From assembly GCA_951406725.2 (NCBI GenBank), contig OX597822.1, forward strand, positions 63,426,001-63,490,000: a DNA stretch of 64,000 nt, written 5' to 3'. Below the pieces are notes generated by a model. It searched no databases, was not told the origin of the DNA, and was given only the letters and a program-made list of their open reading frames with translations. Positions 47,429 through 60,113 of this stretch are shown here, piece by piece (position 1 is the first letter of the stretch; each line of letters starts with the position of its first letter). A program made the position numbers and the translations under genes. This DNA comes from Octopus vulgaris (Eukaryota).

Positions 47429-47429
47429 A

Positions 47430-50400
47430 TCATTTTTTGCACATGAATTCTGCCAAATGCGAGCTTTCTTTTCAGGTACACGAAGCTACTGTCCACCGTC
47501 CCAGGGTCTCTAGAGCCCTTGCCTTCCACACCCTCAGGGTTGGCACCCTCAACGTTGGCACTCTGAAAGGTAGGTCTGGTGAGATAGTCGAGATGCTTGA
47601 ACGGAGATGTGTGGATATATGTTGCATGCAAGAAATAAGGTGAGAGGAGGATCAGCTAGGTTCCTCACAGGCAAGGAACGCAGGTACAAGATTTTCTGGG
47701 CAGGGAATACTGACGGGGTTGGTGGCGTGGGTATACTTATCGCTGAGAAATGGGTAGATAAAGTAATTGAGGTAATCAGAGTAAGTGACAGAATACTTAA
47801 GATTAGATTAGTGCTTCATCATAGTTTAGCAACCATTATATCAGCCTATGCTCCTCAGTCGGGGCTACCCGATGGACAGAAAGACCGATTCTATGACACT
47901 CTACTGCAGACTACCTCATTGACGAACGACAGAGACCTTATCTTTGTGGCTGGTGACTTCAATGGTCACGTTGGACGACATGCTGGGGCTTCCATGGCGT
48001 ACATGGAGGCTACGGCTATGGCTCCCGCAACGAGGAGGGAACCAGGCTGCTGGAGTTCTGCGATGCAAATAATCTTATGATTTGCAACACTAACTTCAGG
48101 AAACCTACCAGCCACCTAGTCACTTACCAATCGGGCCAACATACCAGCCAAATTGACTACATCCTTACAAGGCAAAGGGAGAGATGGCTGCTTATAAATG
48201 CCAAAACCTTCCCAGGTGAAGAATGTACCCCACAACATAGACTGGTAGTTAGTGACTTTAGGATCAGGACTAGGAGGACAACCAGAAGACGACAAATATG
48301 GAGAAGAAGGATCTGGAAGCTTAAAGATCCTGCAAATGGACAGAGATTTAGGGACATATTACTTGAAGCCTCTGACGAAGTAGAAGGGGATAGAGCATCA
48401 CAGGGGTAGAAGACAGCTGGACGTTTCTAAGGGACAACCTGCTGAGAGCCACTGACCAGATCTGTGGCTGGGGCAAAGTCCCCTCTCGACCTAGAATAAC
48501 GTGGTGGTGGAACAATATTGTAGACAGGGCTATTAGAGAAAAGAGACAGGCTTGGAAGGTCTGGAAAAATGGGGGTAGCAGGGAATTGTATCAGACTGCC
48601 AAAAGAGAAGCTAGGAGACAGGTTTATTTAGCCAGAGGGGAAGCAGATAAGAAAAAATTTGCCAATGTTCTGCGCCGTGAGGACCAAAGACTGGAGGTGT
48701 TTCGTGTTGCAAGACAGTGTGTGAGAGAGAATCGTGATGTGGTAGGAGAGAAGTGTGTTTGCATGGAAGATGGTTCACTTGCGCTAAATGAGGATGCAAA
48801 GAGAGAGGTTTGGAGATGCCACTATGAAAGGTTGCTGAATGAAGAAAATGAATGGGATAAAGAGAGTCTGCCGAATGTTGACCCAACAGAGGGACCAGCT
48901 ATCCGAGTTGATAGTTCTGTGGTAGCTAAGGCAATTAGAAGCATGAAGACAGGGAAAGCCCCAGGCCCATCAGGAATCACTGCAGAGATGCTCAAAATGT
49001 CTGGTAGTGTCGGCTATAGCCTAGTCACCCATATAGTTAATCAGGTGATACACAAAGGGGTCATACCCAATGACTGGTGTAGCAGTATAATAGTCAACTG
49101 CTTCAAAGGTAAAGGTGATGCCCTAGATACAAACAACTACAGAGGTATCAAGCTGTTGGACCAGGTGATGAAGGTTACGGAGAGGGTCATAGCCCAACTA
49201 ATTAGAGAGAGAGTTAGTTTAGATGAGATGCAGTTTGGGTTTGTGCCAGGGAAAAGTACTACTGATGCTATATTCCTGGTAAGGCAGCTGCAGGAGAAAT
49301 ACCTAGCCAAAGATAAGCCCCTGTACCTGGCTTTTGTTGACATGGAGAAAGCCTTCGACAGGGTCCCCCAATCCCTTATCTGGTGGGCAATGAGAAAACT
49401 AGGGATAGATGAATGGTTAGTGAGAGCTGTGCGGGCCATGTATAGGGACGCCGCTAGTAGGGTGAGGGTTGGAAATGAGTACAGTGAAGAATTCCGGGTA
49501 GAGGTAGGGGTCCACCAAGGCTCAGTACTCAGCCCCCTCCTATTTATCATAGTCCTCCAGGCAATAACGGAGGAATTCAAGACAGGATGCCCTTGGGAGC
49601 TCCTCTATGCTGATGACCTTGCTCTAATTGCTGAGTCGCTATCAGAACTGGAGGAGAAGTTTCAGGTGTGGAAACAAGGATTAGAATCGAAGGGCCTCAG
49701 AGTCAATCTAGCTAAAACCAAAGTCGTAATCAGTAGGAAGGTAGACAAATCACAAACACCTTCAGGTAGATGGCCCTGCTCGATCTGTAGAAAAGGTGTA
49801 GGTAGAAACTCTATAAGATGCACCAAGTGTAAGCTATGGACACATAAGAGATGCAGCAATGTCAAAGGAAGGCTAACTAGGAAGATGGTTTTTGTATGTG
49901 GCAGATGCTCAGGAACAATAAACACTGAAAATGCTCTGAGACCAACTTCTGTCACTTTCCAGGGAGAAAAACTAGAAATAGTTGATAGTTTCCGTTACCT
50001 AGGTGACCAAGTAAGCAGCGGGGGCGGGTGTGCTGAAAGTGTAACTGCTAGAGTAAGAATAGCTTGGGCAAAGTTCAGAGAGCTCTTACCTCTGCTGGTG
50101 ACAAAAGGCCTCTCGCACAGAGTGAAAGGCAGACTGTATGATGCGTGTGTACGAACAGCCATGCTACATGGCAGTGAAACATGGGCCGTGACTGCTGAGG
50201 ATATGCGTAAGCTCGCTAGAAATGAAGCCAGTATGCTCCGATGGATGTGTAATGCCAGTACTCACACTCGGCAGAGTGTAAGTACCTTGAGAGAAAAGCT
50301 GGACCTAAGAAGCATCAGTTGTGGTGTGCAAGAGAGACGTTTGCGCTGGTATGGTCATGTGGCGAGAATGGATGAAGATAGTTGTGTGAAAAAGTGCCAC

Positions 50401-51170
50401 ACCCTAGCGGTTGAGGGAACCTGTGGAAGAGGCAGACCCAGGAAAACCTGGGACGAGGTGGTGAAGCACGACCTTTGAACTTTAGGTCTCACCGAGGAAA
50501 TGACTAGAGACCGAGACCTCTGGAAGTGTGCTGTGCGCGAGAAGACCCGGCAGGACAAGTGAGTCCACAACCCGTGACCTTCTACATGGGATGGAGCCAG
50601 CCTACGTATGCATACCTTCCCTTCTTGGGACACAAAACTCTACTTGTGAAGACGTGTTGAGGCAAGTGAGGATCAGAATCGAAATCGATCAATGGAAATT
50701 GCGGATGTGCTACCAGTGCCGGTGGCATGTCGAAACTCTGCTTGTGAAGACCCATTGAGGCAAGTGAGGATCAGAATCGAAATCGATCAATGGAAATCGA
50801 TCAATGGAAATTGCAGATGTGTTACCAGTGCCGGTGGCATGTAAGAGAACCTTCCGTTTCGCGACCGTTGCCAGCACCGCCCCGTTTCGTGTTCGTTGCC
50901 AGCCTCGCCTGGCCCTCGTGCCGGTGGCACATAAAAAACACCATCCGTTCGTGGCCGTTTGCCAGCTCTGGCTGGCACCAGTGCGGGTGGCACGTAAAAA
51001 GCACCCACTACACTCACGGAGTGGTTGGCGTTAGGAAGGGCATCCAGCCGTAGAAACATTGCCAGATTTGACTGGGCCTGATGAAGCCTCTGGCTTCACA
51101 GACCCCAGCAGAACCGTCCAACCCATGCTAGCATGGAAAACGGACGCTAAATGATGATGATGATGATGAT
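47430..51170 (+). mobile_element. Near-intact RTE-clade LINE: APE endonuclease + RT with inserted PHD-type finger, 3' UTR, (GAT)n tail
   Basis: Single-ORF layout. RT motifs KAPGPSGITAE, KGKGD..NYRGIKLL, QFGF, FVDMEKAFDRV, GVHQGSVLSPLLF, LLYADD, GLRVNLAKTK, FRYLG; RTE C-terminal RLRWYGHVARM..GRGRPRKTW; tail 51151-51170. Confidence 0.95.
47443..50562 (+). pseudogene. RTE ORF (EN-RT), about 1040 aa if repaired; three 1-bp G deletions (about 47642, 47985, 48403) and a CGA>TGA stop at 50476-50478
   Basis: ORF-track pieces 47227-47643, 47607-48080, 48077-48409 and 48586-50478 join into one protein when compared with the intact mirror copy; the copy at 26036 has CGA at the premature stop, and the natural TGA is at 50560-50562. 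Confidence 0.88.
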
Positions 51171-51177
51171 ATATATA

Positions 51178-51396
51178 CAGGGTGGCCCAAAAGTAGGTTT
51201 ACAGTTATTCAACTATCACTTCCGCATTCATATATTAACAGTTTAGATCTTAATTATAAAAATTATATGAAACCATTATTCTATGCTAATTTAGTTAATT
51301 TTCAGTTTGTAAGATAAAAATTTTAATGTAATAAAATGTTTTACAAAAAATTTAAAGTGCCTACATGATAACTGTAAACCTACTTTTGGGCCACCT

Positions 51397-51398
<2 letters not shown>
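51178..51398. mobile_element. Tc1/mariner-derived MITE with TA TSD
   Basis: About 31-bp TIRs CAGGGTGGCCCAAAAGTAGGTTTACAGTTAT / ATAACTGTAAACCTACTTTTGGGCCACCTTG, flanked by (TA)n. Confidence 0.9.
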
Positions 51399-51429
<31 letters not shown>

Positions 51430-53074
51430 TCTTTTACTTGTTTCAGGCATTTGACTGCAGCCATGCTGGAGCACTGCCTTTAGTCGAGCAAATTGACCCC
51501 AGGACTTATTCTTTAGAAGCCTAGTACTTATTCTATTGGTCTCTTTTGCAGAACCGCTAAGTTACGGGGATGTAAACACACCAGCATCGGTTGTTAAGCG
51601 ATGTTGGGGGGACAAACAGACACACAAACATACACACACACATACATACATATATATATATATCATCATCATCATCATCATCATTGTTTAGCGTCCACTT
51701 TCCATGCTGGCATGGGTTGGACGAGAGGGCATGGGTTGGACATACATATATACAACAGGCTTCTTTCAGTTTCCGTCTACCAAATCCACTCACAAGGCTT
51801 TGGTCGGCCCAAGGCTATAGTTGCAGACACTTCCCCAAGGTGCCACGCAGTGGGACTGAACCCGGAACCATGTGGTTGGTAGTAAGCAAGCTACTTACCA
51901 CACAGCCACTCCTATATATATATATATATATATATGAATAGTTGGTTGAAGTGAGTGACTCAAGGACTGAGAGTTTCATACATTTGTATGTATTGCCAAT
52001 GAACAAAAGTCTTAGCCTTGAGTCACTTTCTACCTTCTGTCTATTATTAATAGTACACACACGCTCACACACACACACACACATAATCTATATACTGTTA
52101 GAGTCACAAGTCACTAATAACACTTAAGTTTCGTTGTCTAGCTGTGTGTAGTCATAAAAAAAAAGGACAGTTTTTAATACTGACTATAATTGTATGCATG
52201 ACTGGATTGAGATAAACGATTTTCTAATTTACTCTGATAAGAAAAAAAAAAAAAGTAGGATATATAAAATAAGAGGTGTGGGGAGGTTGTTTTTGTTAAG
52301 GAGATTTGTCAACCTTATGACAGTGGCTTGACAGAAATGTCATGGAAAAAAAAAATCATGTTAAGTATATGAATATATTTGATATATAAAAGACCTTAAG
52401 ATTTATTTTTTTTAACATGAAATTCACTGCAGAAAGGAATATAATTAGTGTCCATGAATGACTCAACGATGAAAGTTATATAATGGACAGCTTTTTAATA
52501 TCCTAGTTCCCACAACATATACACACAAACACACACACATGTACACATTGAAATTACAGCCATATGGTCTGTATTCCACGATCTTTTTTTTTCTTAATTC
52601 ATACACAGTAACTAGGACACATTGCATAACAATCTACACTGGATTGTTGTGTGGTGGGTGGGTTTTATTAATGTTGCCTGTTTTTGAATTTTCATTTGAG
52701 GACATAAACATCAAAATTACATTTCTTCTTTTGAAAGATATTTACCTTTTAAGGATAGTTTAAAGCAAGCAGTAGTTATATCCACACCAGGACTGTGCCT
52801 TACTTTTTGTTAGGCTAATTCTTATCAGTTCAATTATCTACATAAATATATCTAGCTAGCTAACAAACTATGTGATATGTTTTCCAGTCCAAGGTGAAAA
52901 TCCAACGTAAACAACCCCACTCGTACTCCATTGCCAAATGCTATTTCAGGAGAGGCAACTTTGATTTGTGTATGATCATAGCAAATGGAGATTTTATATT
53001 CTCAGAACATTTGTACTAAGAAATAGTATAAACTTTAATCCTACCATAAATAAAAAAAAAAAACCCCAAAGAAC

Positions 53075-53313
53075 CATCAAGGAGAACAAATATAAATGGA
53101 CTGGTCATATTGCATGACTGAAGAACAAAGGATGGACAATCAGACAATCAGGGTGACAGAATGGATACCAAGACAATGGACAAGATCAAAAAGTTGACCA
53201 AGGTCAAGATGGCAAGATGATCTCAGCTACTACCTGGAGCCTACATGGCCAAAACTGGCCAGAGATAGCCATTGGTGGAAGGAGCCCAGAGAGGGGTTCA
53301 TCCTTCAGAAGTG
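53075..53313 (+). pseudogene. C-terminal fragment of a second, different RTE-type LINE family
   Basis: IKENKYKWTGHIA*..RVTEWIPRQWTRSKS*PRSRWQDDL..WPKLARDSHWWKEPREGFILQK* follows the KW.WAGH.AR..W.PR..R..GRP..RW.DD pattern. Confidence 0.7.
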
Positions 53314-56300
53314 ATGAAGTCCTGTATAAGGATAAAAATCCCTTTTAAGAAAACAGGTAGTTGATTGGTAGATTTGTTAGAGTGTCAGCACTTAATGTTT
53401 ACTGTATTTAATTACAAACCTTTGCATTCTGAGTTCAATCCCTTTAGAGGTCATTTTTGCCTTTCGGTTTTTTTTGAGTTTTTTTTTTGATTGATGAATA
53501 ATGTACAAATAATGAAGTACTGGAGATTTTATTGAACTCTAGCCTTCAGATTATCTATTCACATTGTTTTGAATTAATCATGCATTATCTTGTAGCTTCA
53601 AGATTTCAATTGTGTGATTATTTATTTTTAGAATGACAGTGTAGGGTGGGTGTGAGAGGCCAGATCTAGTCAGTTTGAACATAAAACAATTAGAATATCT
53701 AGGTCAACTATGGCCAGTTTAAATGCTTAATGGCTTAACCCTTTGTAATATTTTGTTTAATAACATATCCTAGATGTGAATGGAATTATAAGACTAAAAA
53801 CCTTGATTATTCTGTGTTTATAATTTCACTCTTACAACAAAAGTCTGCAGATTGGTTAAGCCTAAAAGACATACTACTGTGAAAAATCAATATTCTGAAA
53901 GCAATATCAGTGAAGTGTTTCCAATCAAGGATTTCACAAAGAATTTATCGTTATTTCTTTTATACCAACCACATGGTTCCAGGTTCAGTCCCACTGCGTG
54001 GCACCTTGGGTAAGTGTCTTCTACCATAGCCTCAGGCCGACCAAAGCCTTGTGAGTGTATTTGGTAGACAGAAACTGAAAAAAGCCTGTCGTATATATAT
54101 ATATGTATGTATGTATGCATATGTTTGTGTGTTTGTTTTTGTCCCCCCCAACATCACTTGACAAGCATTGCTGGTGTGTTTATGTCCCCATCACTTAGTG
54201 GTTCATCAAGAGAGACTGATAGAATAAGTACTAGGCTTACAAAGAATAAGTCCTGGGGTCGATTTGCTCGACTAAAGGCGGTGCTCCAGCATGGCTGCAG
54301 TCAAATGACTGAAACAAATAAAAGAATATCAGTCAAGGATGAAACGCTGAGCTGGCAGAATCATTAACAAACCACGCAAAATGCTTAACAGCATTTTGTC
54401 CATCTTTGTGTTTCGAGTTCAAATTCTGCCATGGTCTATTTTGCCTTTCATCTTTTTGAGGTTGATAAAATAAGTACCAGTTGAGTAGTGGGGTTAATGT
54501 AGTTCATTTTCTCCTGCCCCGCCCCACAGAATTTGCTGGCCTTGTGCTAAAATTTGAAACCAATGCATTAGTCAAGTAGAAAGTGATGATCTGGCAGAAT
54601 CATTAGCATGCCAGGCAAAATGCTTTGCAACATTTCGTCCATCTTTGCATTTTGAGTTCAAATTCTGCCTTTCATCCTTTCAGGGCTGATAAAATAAGTA
54701 CCAGTTGAGTAGTGGGGTCAATATAATCGAATTTCTCATACCCTGAAACTTGCTGGCCTTGTGCCAAAAGTTGGAGCCAATATATTTGTCAAAGGTAAAG
54801 AAGTGCCCATCACCTTTGAAGGCCTCCTACACAGGTTATTCATTTCAAGTCTTCCATGAGAAACGTGTCTGTCTATGGAAAATATTACCTTATTTGGAAA
54901 CAGGTGAAGGTTGGCAACAGGAAGAGCATCTTGCTGTAGAGAAATCTACCTCAACAAACTCTGTCAAACCAATGCAAGCATGAAAAAGTGGTCATTAAAA
55001 GAATGATGATGATGATGGTAGTGGTGGAAGAAACTTGCAAGACTGTTCCACAAACTTGCAAGAGAAGGAGTTCCATTAACCCTTTCGTTACCAACCTGAC
55101 TCTGGTTCTGAGTACAAATGTCTTGTTTTCATAAGCTTTGAATAAAAACTTTCACCAAACCTTAGTCACAATTTATGTTCCTAACACTAGTTAAATGATA
55201 ACTAAGTTATTTTACTAAATTCTTTGTTATATTTAAATTTAATTGAAAGAAACACAGAGCATCAACAGAAATATGGTAACAAAAGTGTCAAAATATATGG
55301 AGAAGCAATTCTTAATCCTTTTGAAACCAACCCGGCTGAAACTGCCTCTCGCTTTGTAGTACAAATGTCTTGTTTTTATAAGCTTTGAATTAAAATCTTC
55401 CACCAAACCTTAGTCACAATTTATGTTCCTAACACGAGTTGAATGATAACTAAGTTATTTCACTAAATTCTTTGTTATATTTAAATTAATTTAATGAAAC
55501 ACAGAGTATCTCAAAATAAATACAGTAACAAAAGGGTTAAAGACCCTTAGATATGAATGAAATGCTCTAAAATCATCATTTCTGATTGTCATAGCGAAGG
55601 AATGTGGTTAGAATGTTCATAACTTTATGATGATCATAAAGTTATGAGTTCAATTCCTGAAACAGGCAGTGCATTGTGACCTTCAGCAAGGCACTTCTTT
55701 TCCCCTTGCTTCAGTCAATTAAACTGTAATGAGTCCAGCTGGGTGTTTAGTCATCCCTCAAGTGAAGGTGTATGGCTTAATAGTTTGAATATTCGGCTCA
55801 TGATTGTAAGGTCATGAGTGATTCCCGGTGGCACATTGGGTCCTTGAGCAAGACACTTCATTTCACATTGCTCCAGTCCACTCAGCTGGCAAATATGAGT
55901 TGTACCTGTAATTCAAAGGGCCAGCCTTGTCGCATTCTGTGCCATGTTGAATCTCCCTGTGAACTACGTTAAGGGTATGCATGTCTGTGGAGTACTCAGC
56001 CACAAATATGCATAAATTTCATGGGCAGACTGTTCCGTTGATTGGATCAGTTGGAATCCTTGTCCTTGTAACCAACAGAGTGCCAGTTTGGTCATTCCTC
56101 ACTCACAACAGGTATCACATCCTGGATGTACCACGGTGGGTATAGGTTGAGTGGTATGGAAGAACAAGAGCACATCAATGTCTGCAACTACATAGACGTC
56201 TAAAACAATTCACAAACGTATGGTTTTGCGAGTGATGACTGACTGTACCAGACCATTATAAAACACAGTTAAATATCATCCCCATCATCATTGTTTTAAC

Positions 56301-57047
56301 GTCCATTTTTCCATACCTGCATGGGTCAGATGGATTCCATTGACACAAATGTTCTGTGGCTGGATACTCATTCTGTTGCCAACCCTTACCTGTTTCCAGG
56401 CTTCTACTATAGCCTCGGGCTGACCAAAGCTTTGTGAGTGGATTTGGTAGACGGAAACTGAAAGAAACCCATCGTATATATATATGTGGGTGTGTGTGTG
56501 TGCATATGTTTGTGTGTCTGTGTTTGTCCCCTCAACATCGCTTGACAACCGATGCTGGTGTGTTTATGTCCTTGTAACTTAGCAGTTCGGCAAAAGAGAC
56601 AGATAGAATAAGTACTAGGCTTACAAAGAATAAGTCCTGGGGGCGATGTGCTCGACTAAAGGCGGTGCTCCAGCATGGCTGCAGTCAAATGACTGAAGCA
56701 AGTAAAAGAGTACAGATATATATATATATACATACATACATGCACACACATGTATACATATACACAAAGGGTTTCTTTAAGTTTCCACATACCAAATCTG
56801 CTCTTAGGACTTTGCCCAGCCTGGGATTATAGTAGGCTTGCCCAAGGTGCTGCACAGTGGGACTGAACCCGAAACCATGTGGTTGCAAACCAAGATTCTT
56901 AACCACACAACCATTCATCAATATGGCTTTTCTAAATTTATCTTTTTAGTTTAATTGAGAAAATAGGCTTTCCTGTAATGAACACATTTAACATAATTTT
57001 TTATGAAGATAAATTGATTAAAATTCATTAATAATGGTAGCTATGAA

Positions 57048-57097
57048 TCATCATCATCATCATCAGCAGCAGCAGCAGTCTTCATCATCACCATCAT

Positions 57098-57135
<38 letters not shown>
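57048..57135. repeat. (CAT)n/(CAG)n microsatellite
   Basis: Direct reading. Confidence 0.9.
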
Positions 57136-57137
<2 letters not shown>

Positions 57138-58538
57138 TGACGTTAATTTTTAAATGCTTGATATAGCTTCGGAGCAGTTTATCAATCACTTGTTGATCAT
57201 GAGAATTTTGTGGTATGATTGCAAGCTGAATGCTGAGGTTTCCTAGTCACCAATAGCAGTTGCTGCCAATGATAATATAACAAAGCTTGAGAATCTATGT
57301 AGCTATCTATCTTTGTCTGAAGAGACAGGCATTGACCTAATTACTTGAAACACCAAACTGACAATACCTCTAATCTATTAAGTCATTAGAAGAAAGGGTA
57401 TGTGTGTATGTGTGTGTGTGTTCTTTTTCCAAATTAGGCCAAGACCAAATGTTAGAATGTATATGTGTGTATGTTATACATAATATGGTGCGCATGTGTA
57501 TATGTATGTGTGTGTGTGGGGGGGGGTACATATGGTATAACGGTAAGATAATACTGGTTTCACAGTTTGGCACTGTGCCAGCAACTTTGAGGGTGGGGGC
57601 TAAGTCAATTACTTATTTTATTGACCTCAAACAGACAAAAGGCAAAGTCAACCTTAAACGGAATTTGAACACAGGTGCAGGAGTGGCTGTGTGGTAAGTA
57701 GCTTGCTTACCAACCACATGGTTCCGGGTTCATTCCCACTGCATGGCGCTCTGGGCAAGTGTCTTCTACTATAGCCTCGCGCCGACCAAAGCCAATGCAT
57801 GTATAGTAATATTACGATAATGAAATTAGCTTTAGCTTATTTCACTCATTCTCGTGGAACCCCTAGGAACCTTTTGTGGAGAGGAATCCCAGTTGAGAAA
57901 CACTGGTATAAATATACATACACACATATACGTGCATACAGATACATACAGACACACTTTTATATATTACACACACCAAAAAAAAAAAAAGAAAATCAGT
58001 CAGAAATTAAATGAAAGATAAGTCAATACAATTAAGCAGAATATCATATATTTTTATTTTTACAAAAGAATGGTTGACAGTAAGTTTGAAGTCTCAGCGA
58101 AGGAAACTGGGCCAGAAAATTTGAAGTCACTGGCAATCTATTTCTTGTGGCTGTGTGGTAAGAAGTTTGCTTCCCAACCACATGGTTCTGGGTTCAGTCC
58201 CACTATATGGCATCTTGAGCAGGTGTCTTCCATTATAGCCTTGTCAGTGAGTTTAGTAGATGGAAACTGAAAGAAGCCCATCATGTGTGTGTGTGTATGT
58301 GCGCGCGCACGTGTGTGTCTTTGCGTTTGTCCCTTAGCACTGCTTGATAACCAGTGTTGGTATGTTTACATCCCCATAACTTAGATGTTTGACAAAAGAG
58401 ACTGGTAGGCTTAAAAAAAAAAAGTTGGAGGTGGGGGTGGGGGGTCAATTCATTTGATTAAAATTCTTCAAGGCAGTACCCCAGCATGGCCTCAGCCTAA
58501 TGACTGAAACAAGTAAAAGATCAAAGATATAAAAGGTA

Positions 58539-58569
<31 letters not shown>

Positions 58570-59900
58570 GAATGGTTGGATCCACAGCAAGGAATATTTC
58601 AAGAAACAGTTATTATTACTTAAGTGATTTCCTTCCAATTTAAAAAAAAAAATGAATGAATAAAAAGATTAATAAGATGATTCATGAACAGACGCAGGAG
58701 TGCTTACCAACCACACGGTTCTGAGTTCAATCCCACTGCAAGTGCCATGTGCGCAAGTGTCTTCTACAATAGCCTTGTGCCGACCAAAGCCTTGTGAGTG
58801 GATTTGGTAGACAGAAACTGGAAGAAGCCCGTCGTATATATGTATATAAATATGTGTGTGTGTGTATGTTTGTGTGTCTGTGTTTGTCCCCCCAACATCG
58901 CTTGACAACTGATGCTGGTGTGTTTAGGTCCCTGTAACTTAGTGATCGATAGTGTAAAAAGAGATCGATAGAATAAGTACTAGGCTTACAAAGAATAAGT
59001 CCTGGGGTCGATTTGCTCGACTAAAGGTAGTGCTCCAGCATGGCCACAGTCAATTGACTGAATCAAATAAAAAGTAATGTATAATGTAAGAAGACTTACA
59101 AGTGAGTATTGATGAATTCAAATTAATAAATTGGAAAACAATAACAACATCATCATCATCATCGTTTAACGTCCATTTTCCATGCTAGCATGGGTTGGAC
59201 GATTTGACCAGGGTCTGGGAAGCCAGTAGGCTGCACCAGGCTCCAGTCTGATCTGGCAGTGTTTCTACAGCTTGATGCCCTTCCTAACGCCAACCACTCT
59301 GTGAGTGTAGCGGGTGCTTTTTATGTGCCGCTGGCACAGGGGCCAGAGGAAGCTGGCAATGGCCACAATCAGTTGGTGCTTTTTACGTACCACCAGCACG
59401 GAAGCCAGTCAAGGTGGCACTGGCATCGGCCATGTTTGGATGGTGCTTTTTACGTGCCACCGACACGGTGATCACAACTACAATTTCCATTTGATTTTTA
59501 TTTTGATGTTGATGTACTTGACTCAATAGGGCTCCTCAAGCACAGCTGGTCACCCTATGATCCAAGGTAAGCACAGCAGGCCATTCTGCAATCCAAGGTA
59601 CTTTGGATGGGCTGGGGCTGCTATGTGAAGCTGGTGCAGGAAACAGACATGAACTCACGTTATTTGTCGGGGGGTGCTTTTTACATGTTACCGGCACAGG
59701 GGCCAGAGGAGGCTAGCAACAGCCACGATCGGCTGGTGCTTTTTACATGCCACCGGCACAGGTATCACAGCTACAATTTCCATTTGATTTCCATTTTGGT
59801 GTTGACATACTTGACTCAACATAAATAAATAAATAAATGAATAAATAAATAAATGAATGAACGAATAAATAAACATGAAACATTAAATTTAGAGATATGA

Positions 59901-59953
59901 GAAGAAGAAGAAGAAGAAGAAGAAGAAGAAGAAGAAGAAGAAGAAGAAGAAGA
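59901..59953. repeat. (GAA)n microsatellite, preceded by (TAAA)n at about 59820-59872
   Basis: Direct reading. Confidence 0.95.
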
Positions 59954-60073
59954 AATGAGCTGAAAATTGCAATTGGAAATTGCATGTATTGGTGTTGCTT
60001 GATATATTTGCAAATGAGAATTAGTGCCAGTAGCAAGCATGTTGAGTGAAAGGTGTGGTGAGATCACAGTGAA

Positions 60074-60113
<40 letters not shown>

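Noticed and set aside
46267-47631. 454-aa minus-strand ORF as a host gene (such ORFs get labelled craniofacial development protein 2-like)
   Set aside because: It is the mirrored RTE endonuclease; its N-terminus is read through the palindrome centre and it ends in a TA microsatellite.
50700-51010. Repeat-spacer pattern resembling a CRISPR array
   Set aside because: Eukaryotic retrotransposon 3' UTR; repeats are degenerate, spacing is irregular, spacers recur in other copies, and there are no cas genes.
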